Source: Octopus sinensis (lineage: Eukaryota). From it: a stretch of DNA of 64,000 nucleotides. Positions 13,684 through 26,368 of the stretch are shown piece by piece. The position numbers and the translations under genes are program-made. Numbering within the stretch: the stretch's first letter is position 1; every line of letters starts with the position of its first letter. The DNA lies in assembly GCF_006345805.1 (NCBI RefSeq), contig NC_042997.1, positions 133,920,001 through 133,984,000 of the forward strand, written 5' to 3'. Under the pieces are notes generated by a model. The model saw only the letters and a list, made by a program, of their open reading frames with translations. It searched no databases and had not been told where the DNA came from.

Positions 13684-16600
13684 CTTCCTCCCTGTTTTCC
13701 TCAATCTTTCCTCTTCCTCTATATTCCCCCTCTTACTTCATTGTCCTCCCGCTCCCATACGCAACCATTTAGATGTATGAAGAAACTCAAATGAACAGAA
13801 TGATATTCAAGTTTTTAATATATGAAAGTTATTTGATAATTTATAATTAAACAATTTCTTTTGTTCCTCTTTTCTTTTTTTTTCTTTTTTTTTTGTTCTG
13901 TCTTTTATCTTTCAGCTTAAAATTCACCACGCACGGATATCACAGCCTTTACAACCTCTACAACCTTCCAAAGTGACTCAGTTCGAAGGTTCTGGCATTC
14001 GGAACGACGCCAGCGATGGCACCGACGATGATGATGATGATAACTACGAGAAGAAGCAAGGTTCTGGCTCAGGCTATTTGCTTCCTCTCGATGACACACA
14101 CATGGATGATGAAGACTACCGCTTCCAAAATATCATGATTGATTTCAGCTGCTCCCCCAGCAAAAAGGTAAAGGAAAATACTTAGTTAATAAACAATAAG
14201 GCTAATATTATCCTCACCTTATAAGAAATTCTTTGAGCCATCATACAAAGCGATTCCAATGATGCATGATTAAAATTAAAAGAAAACAACCTGGCCCCAT
14301 TATTGAATAAACCCCAATACACAAAAACGACAACATTCTTATCCCCCCCCCAACCATGTCCTCAAAAAAAGAGACCCAGTACACTGTACAGTGGTTGGCA
14401 GTAGGGAGGGCATCTAGCCATTGAAGCCATGCCAAAACAGACAACTGGAGCCTGATGCAGCTCCCAGCCTTACCAGCTCCTGTTAAACTATCCAACCCAT
14501 GCCAGCAGGGAAAAACGGATGTTAAATGGTTATTCTATTCTAGGCACAGGGCCCAAAATTTAGGAGTGGGTGGAGGGGGAGGGGCAGTCGATTAGATCAA
14601 TCCCAGTACATAACTGGTACTTAATTTATCGACCCCGAAAGGATGGAAGGCAAAGTTGACCTCGGTGGAATTTGAACTCGGAACGTAAAACACAGACGAA
14701 ATACCGCCCAGTGTGCTAACGTTTCTGCCAGCTTGCTGCCTTATTGATACATGATATTCACAAAAGCAAAGCAAAAACAACCTTAAAAATGGTCAAACAA
14801 GTAAAGGAGGATTTGACTGCGGCCATGCTGAAGCACCGCCTTTAGTCGAGCAAATCGACCCCGGGACTTATTCTTTGTAAGCCCAGTACTTATTCTATCG
14901 GTCTCTTTTGCCGAACCGCTAAGTGACGGGGATGTAAACACACCAGCATCGGTTGTCAAGCAATGCTGGAGGGACAAACACAGACACACAAACATATATA
15001 CACACATACATACATACATATATATATATACACATATACGACAGGCTTCTTTCAGTTTCCGTCTACCAAATCCACTCACGAGGCTTTGGTCAGCCCGAGG
15101 CTATAGCAAAAGACACTTGCCCAAGATGCCAGGCAGTGGGACCGAACCCGGAACCATGTGGTTGGTTAGCAAGCTACTTACCACACAGCCACTCCTGAAA
15201 CCCTCCACAGCATGTCCCTCGGAACATAATCATATGTGTTGTCCGCACCAGCTTGAATACAGATTTAGTACCATCCTGTTTATTCTAGGTATCACAGGAG
15301 GTAGAGGTTGTTGTGGATAGATGTGTCAGGACTTGCATGCATTTGGGTATCTCTGTTTACACTATTGACGACAAGCACCCATCTGCTGGCAAGTGTTTTT
15401 GCCAAAAATTTTTAATTCTGTTTTTAGCTGAGTTACAGACCAAAAGTTGTCTCTTAAGTTCTCCTTAGCAGCATCAGTACAGCTGCATTCAGTATCCTTA
15501 GCATCAGTGCAGCTGCTAAGATAGTAGTAAAAATAATGATGTCTGTATATGTATCTACATATATGTACAGACATGTCTGTATGTATATGGAAGTTTGCTT
15601 CCTAACCTCATGGTTCTAGGTTCAGTTCCACTCTGTGACCCCTTGGGCAAGTATATTCTACTAGTGCCTTGGGCTGACAAAAGCATTTGGCAGTTGGAAA
15701 CTGAAAAAGGACTATCATATGTGTGTGTGTTTGAGTTTGTCCTCTAACCACTACTTGATAGCAGGTGTTGGTTTGTTTACATCCATGTAATTTAGCATTT
15801 TGACAAAAGAGACCAATAGGATAGATACCAGCAGACTTTAAAGAAAAAAAAGCCCTTTAAGGTGGTGCCCCAGCATGGCCACACTTCAGTGACTGAAAAA
15901 AAGTAAAAGCATTATCTGCACATAACATAACACAAGTCTCACTTTATGATTGAATAAGAAATTATTAGGAATATATCCGAACTATAAAAAAAAAAAAAGG
16001 ATTTAAATTAACATCTTGGATGAAGCCCTCCATCTTCATTTGGCATTCTGTAATGGACGACTCGCCTGAAAAACATATTGCTTCCTATTGCATTTCATAG
16101 CATCTCAACAAGTTGCTCAGACATTAGTGATTAAAGAAAAGAATTCAAAGATACGACTACTACTACTACTACTACCACCAACTACCACCAGCAATACTAC
16201 TACTACTACTACCACTACTACTACTATTACTACTACTACTATGGCTGCTGCTTCTACTGCTGTTGTTGCTACAAACACTGTTACTACTACTACTACCATC
16301 ACCACCACCACCACCACCACCACTAGTACCACCTCCACTGTCACTGCTACTACTACCAACATGACTGCTACCTTCTTACTACTACTACTACTACTACTAC
16401 AGCTGCTGCTGCCACTGTTGATGCTACAGATACTACTACTACTACCACCACCACCACCACTAGTATCACCTCCACTGCCACCATCACTGCTACTACTACC
16501 AGTTTGACTGCTACCCTCTTACTACTACTACTACCATCGCCGCTACCACTAGTACCACCTCCACTGCCACCGTCACTACTACTACCAGCACAACTGCTAT

Positions 16601-19600
16601 CCCTCTTACTACAACAACAACTACTACTACTACAACCACAACTACTACTACTACTACCACCACTACCACAACTACTACTTTCACTACTACATATTTTTTT
16701 TTTTTCCATTTCAGATATCTCCCAACTTGAAATATCATCTTGATTTCTATGATGATCCTTTTTACAGTAACCTTTATGATAGCTCACCTTTCTATACGAC
16801 CAAAGAGAAGTACATTTACGTTAAAGCAAGAGTTTCTGGAGGTTTGTTGCACTATATATATTCTTTTCTACTCTAGGCACAAAGCCCGAGATTTTTGGGG
16901 GTGGGGGTCAGTCGATTAGTACCAGTACGCAACTGGTACTTAATTTATCAACCTCGAAAGGATGAAAGGCCAAGTCGACCATTGCGGAATTTGATCTCCG
17001 AATGTAAACGCATAAAGGGTTCAGACGTAAAGAGTTCAAGTTCCACCAAGGTTGACTTTGCCTTTCATCCTTTCGAGGTCAATTAAATAAGTACCAGAGG
17101 AGAAAAAGATGTTGAATCAAAATTAGATTTAATACAAAATTGGATTCAATACATAAGCACGTTTCAAAAGACAATACAAATATGTAAGAAAAAAATCATA
17201 ATCATAGTAATTATATTTAAATTTATGCATTGTCATTCTCATCAGTGTGAGGAATTTTTGAAAGGACATCAACAAAGGTTTAATAAAATAAGATACAATA
17301 AGAGAGAATACAGATGGGGTAATAGGGAACAAGTAATAAAAGGGAAAAATAACAATAATAATAATAGTGAGACAGACGAAAGAGAAGAAAACAGATATAT
17401 CATTGATATGTCTGGTTTTTTTCTTTTTTCCTTTTACTACTTGTTTCTAATTATCCGATTTTTCCTATTACCCCATCAATATCTTATTTTACTATATTTT
17501 ATTAAAAGCACGTAAAAAGCACCACTTGAGCATGGCTGATGCCAGTACCACCCAACTGGCCCTCGTGCCAGTGGCACATAAAAGCACCCACTACACTTCC
17601 TGAGTGGTTGGCATTAGGAAGGGCATCCAGCTGTAAGAACTTTGCCAGATCAGATTGGGGCCTGGTGCAGCCTTCTGGCTTGCCAGCCCTCAGTCAAAAC
17701 ATTCAACCCATGCCAGCATAGAAAGCAGATGTTGAACGATGATGATGATGATGACGATGACATATACACACATAAATACACGTTATATATTTGATTTCTT
17801 TTTTATATTTACCAGATTTACATTATGGAGTGCAAGTATTGAATTGTGCCTTGACGGAATATGGAAGAAGTATACAACCATTGCTGGACAAGGGGTGAGT
17901 GAGAACATCTTTCATAATGTTAGGATTGAATCAAAGCATCAATAAAGTGGAGGAATATTTGCAGTCGGTTCACAATTGCAGGCTGGAACCTATCCGGTTG
18001 CCTTCATATGCATTGCTATTAGACTAATCCAGAATTTTTTCTGTTTTCAAGCTGTGCGTGATTCCTGTAGTATATTAGAGCCAATTATGTACATGGCATC
18101 TACTGAAAGGTAGATCCGCTTTTGTTTTATTGTGTAATCAGAAAAGGAAAGGAACCAGTACTCATGACCATTTTTTAAATTTTCTTAAGGGGCTTCCTAG
18201 ACAGGTTAAAGGAACCATAACTAATTGATAGCTATACAGTGATCCCTTGTTTATCGCGGTAGATTGGTTCCAAGACCGGCCGTGATAACTGAATTTCTGC
18301 AAAGTAGGGACACCATATTTACAGTATTTATTTAACGTGTATTTGGACTTTTAAAACCCTCCCTGTACTGTTAACAACCCATTCATTACAGTAGTCTATT
18401 AATAACAAGGACAACTGTTAAGCAATAACACTTTAGATTTTAAAAAATAAAGATTGTTACTGTACTCAACACGAAAGAAGTTGAAGTAAAATTTGAATGA
18501 TAAGCCAGTCCACTTATGCATACCTTTCCTTCTGGGACACAAAACTCTACTTGTGAAGACCTTTTGAGGCAAGTGAGAATCAGAATCAAAATCAAAATCG
18601 ATCAACATCAATGGTAATTGTAGCTGTGATACCAGTGCCGGTGGCACGTAAGTGAACCATCCGAACGTGGCCATTGCCAGCGCCACCCCCGACGGGCCTC
18701 TGTGCCGGTGGCACGTAAAAGGCACCATCTGGTTGTGGCCGTTGCCGGCCTTGCCTAGCCCCCATGCCAGTGGCACGTAAAAGGCACCATCTGATTGTGG
18801 CCGTTGCCAGCCTCGCCTGGCCCCCATGCCGGTGGCACTTAAAAAGCACCATCCGACTGTGGCCGTTTGCCAGTCCCGCCTGGCACTTGTGCCGGTGGCA
18901 TGTAAAAAGCACCCACTACACTCACGGAGTGGTTGGCGTTAGGAAGGGCATCCAGCCGTAGAAACATTGCCTGATCAGACTGGGCCTGGTGCAGTCTTCT
19001 GGCTTCCCAGACCCCAGTTGAACCGTCCAACACCTATGCTAGCATGGAAAGTGGACACTAAATGATGTTGATGATGATGATGGTGATGAATTTTCTGCGC
19101 AGTAGAAATGATGATGATGAAGCTGACGGTGGTGCCCTTTCCTGGGACACCTCTTCCACTTCTTCCAAAGGTGCAGCCGTAGTAGTAGTAGCAGGAACTG
19201 GCTCTTTTTGCAAGGCTGCAAAAACATTGTGATAGGAAGTTACTGCCACTGCTTCTTTTTCCATTCAAAGAGCATCTTGTAGGGATTCATGACTTCGTCA
19301 ACCTTCTTGCAAAATTGCACAGAATGAACCATATCATCATCCCATTCCTGTTCATATATATATATTTTTAAAATCCGCAAAGTCGTGAATCCGCAATAGT
19401 CGAACCGCGAAGAAGCGAGGGATCACTGCAGTAAGAAGCAAGACAGGAAGGTTTTGAGTTATCCCCTGACCACAGCTTTATTCAAGAACAGTTACTGTCT
19501 ATCAAACAGGCTTCCATACCTATCTGTTTCCCCAACTTCATTCACAGGTTTGGGTTATTTTTAAACTTGTGAAAGAAAGCAAGAAAGAAAACATGAATCA

Positions 19601-21907
19601 TTGGTTACCCTCAAACTCGAAACCTGATGTGAATACTTGCAAAAGTTGACTTCAATCATCATGATACTCAAGATCCAGCTGGTTCTGTGTAAAACCAGGC
19701 AGTAGATTAACCCTTTTGATACCAACCTGGTTGAAACCGGCTAAGCCTTGTTTTCAAAAATTCTGAATTAAAATCTTCAACCAAAGCTTAGCCACAATTT
19801 ATGTTCCTAGCACTAGCTGAATGATAATTAAGTTATTTTACTAAATTCTTTGCTATATTTAAAATTAATTGAAAGAAACACAGAGCATCTCAAAATAAAT
19901 ATGGTAACAAAAAGGTTAAGTCTACCACCTATGAGCCAAACAGATAGAGTACAATCAATGTACTTACACACAGTTTCCACTGACCAAGTTTTATTTACAA
20001 GACTTATGTTGACTTGGGGATTTTGGTAGAAGATATTTGGCAGAGGTGTTGCAAAGTGAAATCAAAATTGGTGCCATGTGATTGTAAAGCAAACTTACAA
20101 GTGGCTATGACTTGGTAGCAGGTCCTATGCTTTCGCTAATTGTTTTAGGTGTGTCTGTAGTTGAAAGCCCACCAAAAGACCCAGTCTCTGTTGTTATGTG
20201 GTGGTGGCTTGTGTGCCTCAGTGGCTGAGAGAACTATGCCAACAAAGTGAAAGCTCCCTGTATGGCCTTCTTTATTGGGCAGGGCAAAGGATGAGGCCAG
20301 ATTAATATGGACCACTTCTTCCCAGAGGTATAAATGGGTTTGAGTTGGGCCAACACCCCTACCTAGCAAAGAAAACGAAACATAATTACAGAAGCAGCAA
20401 CAACAGTTAAAAAAACTGACAAAAACAGCAGAAAGTCTAGTCAAGAACAGTGAAAAAAGTTGTCAATGGCCATGCTCCATAGGTTATGAAGGACTTAACC
20501 AAAAGTTGTAAGCAAACAGACACTATCTCAGCCTCCCCCTTCTTGACACAATGAAACATTAATAATGTGACAATTGGCAAGAGCAAGGACTGCACCATCA
20601 CAAGGATGGTACTTATTTTTCAGCTGTGTAAGTTGGGGCAATATGAAATGAATGCCTTACTTAAGGGCTCAATACACGATCTGTCAAGAAGTTGGTACCA
20701 TAACTACATGATCATAAGATCACCTCCTAGTCTATGGGATAGACTACATACAACTCAGCGCTGTAGGAAGCTGAGTTTTTGCCCTACAACTCCTAGTATT
20801 GCTATCCTACTAGGTTTGTCTCCCATTATAGGCTAGAGTGATACTCGCAACAATAGCAGCAGCAGCAGCAGTAGTAGTAGTGGTTCTGGTATCATTGTTC
20901 TGTGTGTGATATAACTAATTAGAGTAGGTTGACAGTTCTTACCAGTGTTTCAGCGGTGCACAATCAATCAATTTAATCAGTTTGAGTTGTCATTAGCTTC
21001 TATTGCTTCACATGATCTATGGACAGGAAATGAAATGTGATAATTATGGAAATGTCACACTGATTATTTGAATAACTAATTACATGACTGTGCAAATGTG
21101 TTTGTATATGTGCTATATACATATACATGTATGTACATATGTATTACACACATATATATACATATAAAAATGTGTGTGTGTCGTCATCATCATCAACATC
21201 ATCATCATCCTCCTTCCATGCTGGCGTATATATATATATATATATAAATATGTGAGTGTGAGTGTGTACATATTACATGTGTGTATATGTATTTCTGTAT
21301 AAGGATTTGCACATACAGGATTTAAATATGAGCTACTACACGTTTCATGCCATTGATAATCCAATGGTCAGATGAGCTTGTATAACGTACTGTGTATGGC
21401 GGTGAGATTGATTATATATACATGCACACACTCCCATACATGCATGTGGGTATATATTTATTTATATATATATATATATATATGTATGTATATATATAAA
21501 CATGTGTATATATATATATATATATATGTATATTGGCAGGGCTGGCCTGCTAGGTAGCCGGCCAGAATGCTAGAAATAGATCATAAACGATCAAACTACA
21601 AGGGAATTCTCTAGAGGAAGAATTCAGCGAACACCAGAACCAATGGTGTTCGCTGAATTCTTCCTCTAGAGAATTTCCCTTGTAGTTTGATCGTTTATGA
21701 TCTATTTCTAGCATTCTGGCCGGCTACCTAGCAGGCCAGCCCTGCCAATATACACATATATTTGAATTTTCTCTGACTCCTCAGATTTTTTGAATGCTGG
21801 ACTACTGGTTTTAAATTGATATTAAAATTAATATTAATTTATCTCCCTCAATTTTTATATATATATATATATATGTGCACATACACATACATATATATAC
21901 ATGCATA

Positions 21908-21977
<70 letters not shown>

Positions 21978-22046
21978 TACATATATACATAAAACATGTA
22001 ATATATATGTGCACATGCACACACATACATATATATACATGCATAA

Positions 22047-22096
<50 letters not shown>

Positions 22097-24552
22097 GTCC
22101 AAATGCAATAGACAATAAAAGATGACAAATTAGGAGGAATGAGTTTCACTAATAAGATATTAACTTAATACTTTAATGGAAAGAGAAAGCGACTTAACAT
22201 TTCAGATGTTAGTCCTTCATCAGAAGTAAGTAAAAAAAGAAGTATAGAGAAAGTGAAAGAAAAAAATTATCAAGAAGAGATAGAATTAAAATTGTGTGGG
22301 GTTAGAATTTAGGTGGTAATGTAAATAGGAGAAAGATGAAAGAAGAAATAAAAGCACACGCATGCATGCACGCGTATATATAAATACATAGCTGGACCAG
22401 GCTGCGTGTTGTGTTCTTGAGCAAGACACTTTATTTCACGTTGCTCCAGTTCACTCAGCTGTAGAAATGAGTTGCGACGTCACAGGTGCCAAGCTGTATT
22501 AGCCTTTGCCTTTCCCTTGGATAACACTAGTGGCATGGAGTGGGGAGGCCGGTATGCATGGGCGACTGCTGGTCGTCCATAAACAACCTTCCCCATTCTT
22601 GTGCCTGGGAGGGTAACTTCCTAGGTGCAATCCCATGGTCAGTCATGACCAAAAGGGGTCTCAGCATATATATATATATATATATAGTAAAAGCACCCAC
22701 TACACTCTCAGAGTGGTTAGCGTTAGGAAGGGCATCCTGCTGTAGAAACTCTGCCAGATCAAAATTGGAGCCTGGTGAAGCCATCTGGTTCGCCAGCCCT
22801 CAGTCAAATCGTCCAACCCATGGTAGCATGGAAAGCGGATGTTAAACAATGATGATGATGATGATGATATATGTGTGTGCGTGTGTGTTTAACTGTCTCC
22901 TTGACTTGACATTGCATGATAGCTGTAAATGAGTTTCACTGTCATAGAAGTAGTGTCCTTTATTTCCAGTCTGGTGAGAAAACATGCCTGGCCATAGAAA
23001 ATCTGCCTAAACAAATTTTATGTGACCCCTGTGAACATGGAAATATAGATGTCAAAACATTGATGACAACAATGCTGAACTTTTCTTATTTTTTACAGGT
23101 GTCCTTCTCTACATAGTGGACTCAAGTGGCAACTGAATAATCAATTAGGTACTGAGTATTTCAGTTTTCGGGTGAACCCACATGTTGCTGAAGGCACTGA
23201 ACATCACCTGAGTTGTACAGTAATTACATGTGCCAAAGATATCACTCTGGAAACTGGGACATGGAAAACTCGTCAGGTAATTAATTCCTTATTATTGCAA
23301 ACAATTATCATCAGATCTGTGGAGGCACATGGCCTAGTGGTTAGAGCAGCGTACTCGCGGTCAAGGGATCGCCGGCTCGAATCTTAGACCGGGCGATGTG
23401 TGTGTTTATGAGCGAAACACCTAAGCTCCACGTGGCTCCGGCAGAAGGTAATGGCGAACATCTGCTGACTCTTTCGCCACAGCTTTCTGTCTCTCTTTCC
23501 TCCTGCATCTTGCAGCTCACCTGTTACGGACTGGCATCCCATCCAGGTGGGGAACTTATACACCAAGGAAATCGGGAAACCAGCCCTATGAGCCAGGCAT
23601 GGCTCGAGAAGGAACAAACAACAATCATCATATCCACAATCTTTGTATTCCAATCATACCTGAATATAGAATAAAACCACTTCCATCTGTTTATATGTTT
23701 GTTTGATTGATTTAATGATTGCTTTGTTTAAGAAAACAAATGAGGTTTGAAATTTACTATAGCTGTTTTGGTAGCATTTTATTGATGTATACATAGATTA
23801 CATCACAGCATAAATCTGCTATTCTCAGGTAAAATTCTAAACATTTATAAACAGGCAATGTAAAACCTAGATGATGATCTATTCACCAAGTAACATGATG
23901 AGTAAGTGATATTTTAAAAAAGAACAGTTGAATTTTATAGAGTAAATGAAGCAAAAGGATAATTCTAGGAGCAAAGAGGTCAAAATAATCCAATGTTTCA
24001 AGCTGTGATCTTAAGTTATTTATAGTCCTGACTTGTTGTGAAGACGAGCAGGAAGCAGGCAGGCCATCCAAACCATTTCTAGCAAAATCAGAAAGATAAA
24101 ACTTCAGAATGACGTAAAGCTGTCTTGTCCATTTCATGTTAGAACACAAAACAAATGCACACACACACACACACAAATACACACACACACGCATTCATTC
24201 ATTTACAGTTTTACATAAGTATACACTTCACTAACTATGCTACATGTGCATGCACAATTAGTGCGACATGTGGATTCAGAGAATCTTGTTGTTCTTGCAG
24301 AAAGCTCCACTTGTAGATTCTGCTATCAGTCTACATGGTAATCAATTACAAAGAAGTGTAATATAGAATGTTCATAGTGAAATTAATACTACACGATGAA
24401 GGTTCTGAAACAGCTGTAACCCTATGGAAGTCATGTGGCCTCACTTTATGGTTTTATGTGTATGTGTGTATGAAGGGGTGCTAAAAAGTTCCTGGCTTTA
24501 AAGATATCGCGAAAGCAGACATTAAATGACGACGACGACGACGATGATGATA

Positions 24553-24592
<40 letters not shown>

Positions 24593-26325
24593 CAAAATCA
24601 AAAATCAAAATCGATCAACATGAATGGAAATTGTAGCTGTGATACCAGTGCCGGTGGCACATAAGAGAATCATCCGAATGTGGCCGTTGCCAGCACTGCC
24701 CCGACTGGCTTCCGTGTCGGTGGCACGTAAAATGCACCATCCAATCGTTGCTGCTACACTCACGGAGTGGTTGGCGTTAGGAAGGGCATCCAGCCGTAGA
24801 AACATTGCCAGATCAGACTGGGCGTGGTGCAGCCTTTTGGCTTCCCAGACCCCAGTTGCACCGTCCAACCCATGCCAGTATGGAAAGCGGACGCTAAACG
24901 ATGATGATATATATATACACACACACATATATATAGTCCATGCTGGGGTCTTATCTCTAAAGGCTTAGTCAAAGAGATCGCAACCAGTATTTAGATTTGC
25001 TCAGCTTTATATAAAGTTTGGTAGTTATTTTATTTTTCTCTTATATTAAAGCACTGAGTTACAGAAAAGTAAGAATACAAACACTAACACACACACACAC
25101 ACACATAAACACGCACACACATGATGAACTTTTCTACAGTTTCCATCAACCAGATTCTCTCAGAGATTACTGGACAGTGGGACTGAACCAAAAACCTCAT
25201 CATTGCAAAATTAGCTGATAGCCATGTCTGGGCATGGGTGTGTGTTTGTGTGTGTATGTGTAAATATGTTCAATGAAAAGCAGAAAATATAATATTATTT
25301 ACAATGTTCTGCATATCTTGTCTGATTTTTATGCCTTAAATTAACATCAAAACACTTTCTGTATTAATTATTGAGAAACGAAAAAAAGAAATTTATTGAT
25401 GTATTTAATTATATATATATATTTCTGTTTTTTATTGCAGTGCATTGCTCCAAAAGAATTTTGTTCTGCTTATGATGAGCATAATAGCTTTGTTGGGGTG
25501 CAGTTAGTGAAAGTTATAAGCGAGGGATCTTTCATTGTTCACTCAGGAAAATCTTTATCACGTAAGCAACAGACTTTCTTCAGATACCTCAATCCTTTCT
25601 TACAATATTTTTGTTGAAATACACTACTTTCATTTCAAATAAAATTAGAAATAACGAAGAATTTAATTAAAACATTACGTATGTATTAAGCTCATTTCTG
25701 GAACATAAATTAATAGGAAAGTTTCATGGAAGCTTTTAATTTATGTTACTTTGAAGCAGGAAGTTTGTATCATAGAACCAAGGGTAGTCCCAGATAGATT
25801 GGTGCCAAAAGGGTTACTATATTTCACAACCCATAAGGCGGTGAGCTTGCAGAAACGTTAGCACACCGGGTGAAATGTGTAGCCGTATTTCGTCTGTCGT
25901 TACGTTCCGAGTTCAAATTCCGCCGAGGTCGACTTTATCTTTCATCCTTTTGGGGTCGATTAAATGAGTACCAGTTACACACTGGGGTTGATGTAATTGA
26001 CTTAATCCGTTTGTCTGTCCTTGTTTAGCCCCTTGTGGGTAGTAAAGAAATATATATTTCATAACCCACGTACGAGTGGTTTATATTGCTGTTGATGACA
26101 TGTGAATTTCAATGATGTTCTATATATAACTATCGTATCTTTTTTAACTGGTACTTTAGCATATAGGTGCTGGAGTGGCTGTGTGGCAAGTAGCTTGCTT
26201 ACCAACCACATGGTTCCGGGTTCAGTCCCACTGCATGGCACTTTGGGCAAGTGTCTTCTACTATAGCCTCGGGCTGACCAAAGCCTTGTGAGGGGATTTG
26301 GTAGACAGAAACTGAAAGAAGCCCG

Positions 26326-26368
<43 letters not shown>

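Noticed and set aside
18399-19033. Several 60-140-aa ORFs and tandem ~55-60-bp repeats resembling a CRISPR-like array
   Set aside because: These are internal tandem units of SINE family C with no unique spacers, in a eukaryotic context.
21785-21820. ctcag|ATTTTTTGAATGCTGGACTACTGG as a candidate for the phase-1 ZP-C exon
   Set aside because: Hits TGA after [11 protein letters not shown]; the true exon is 17816-17894.
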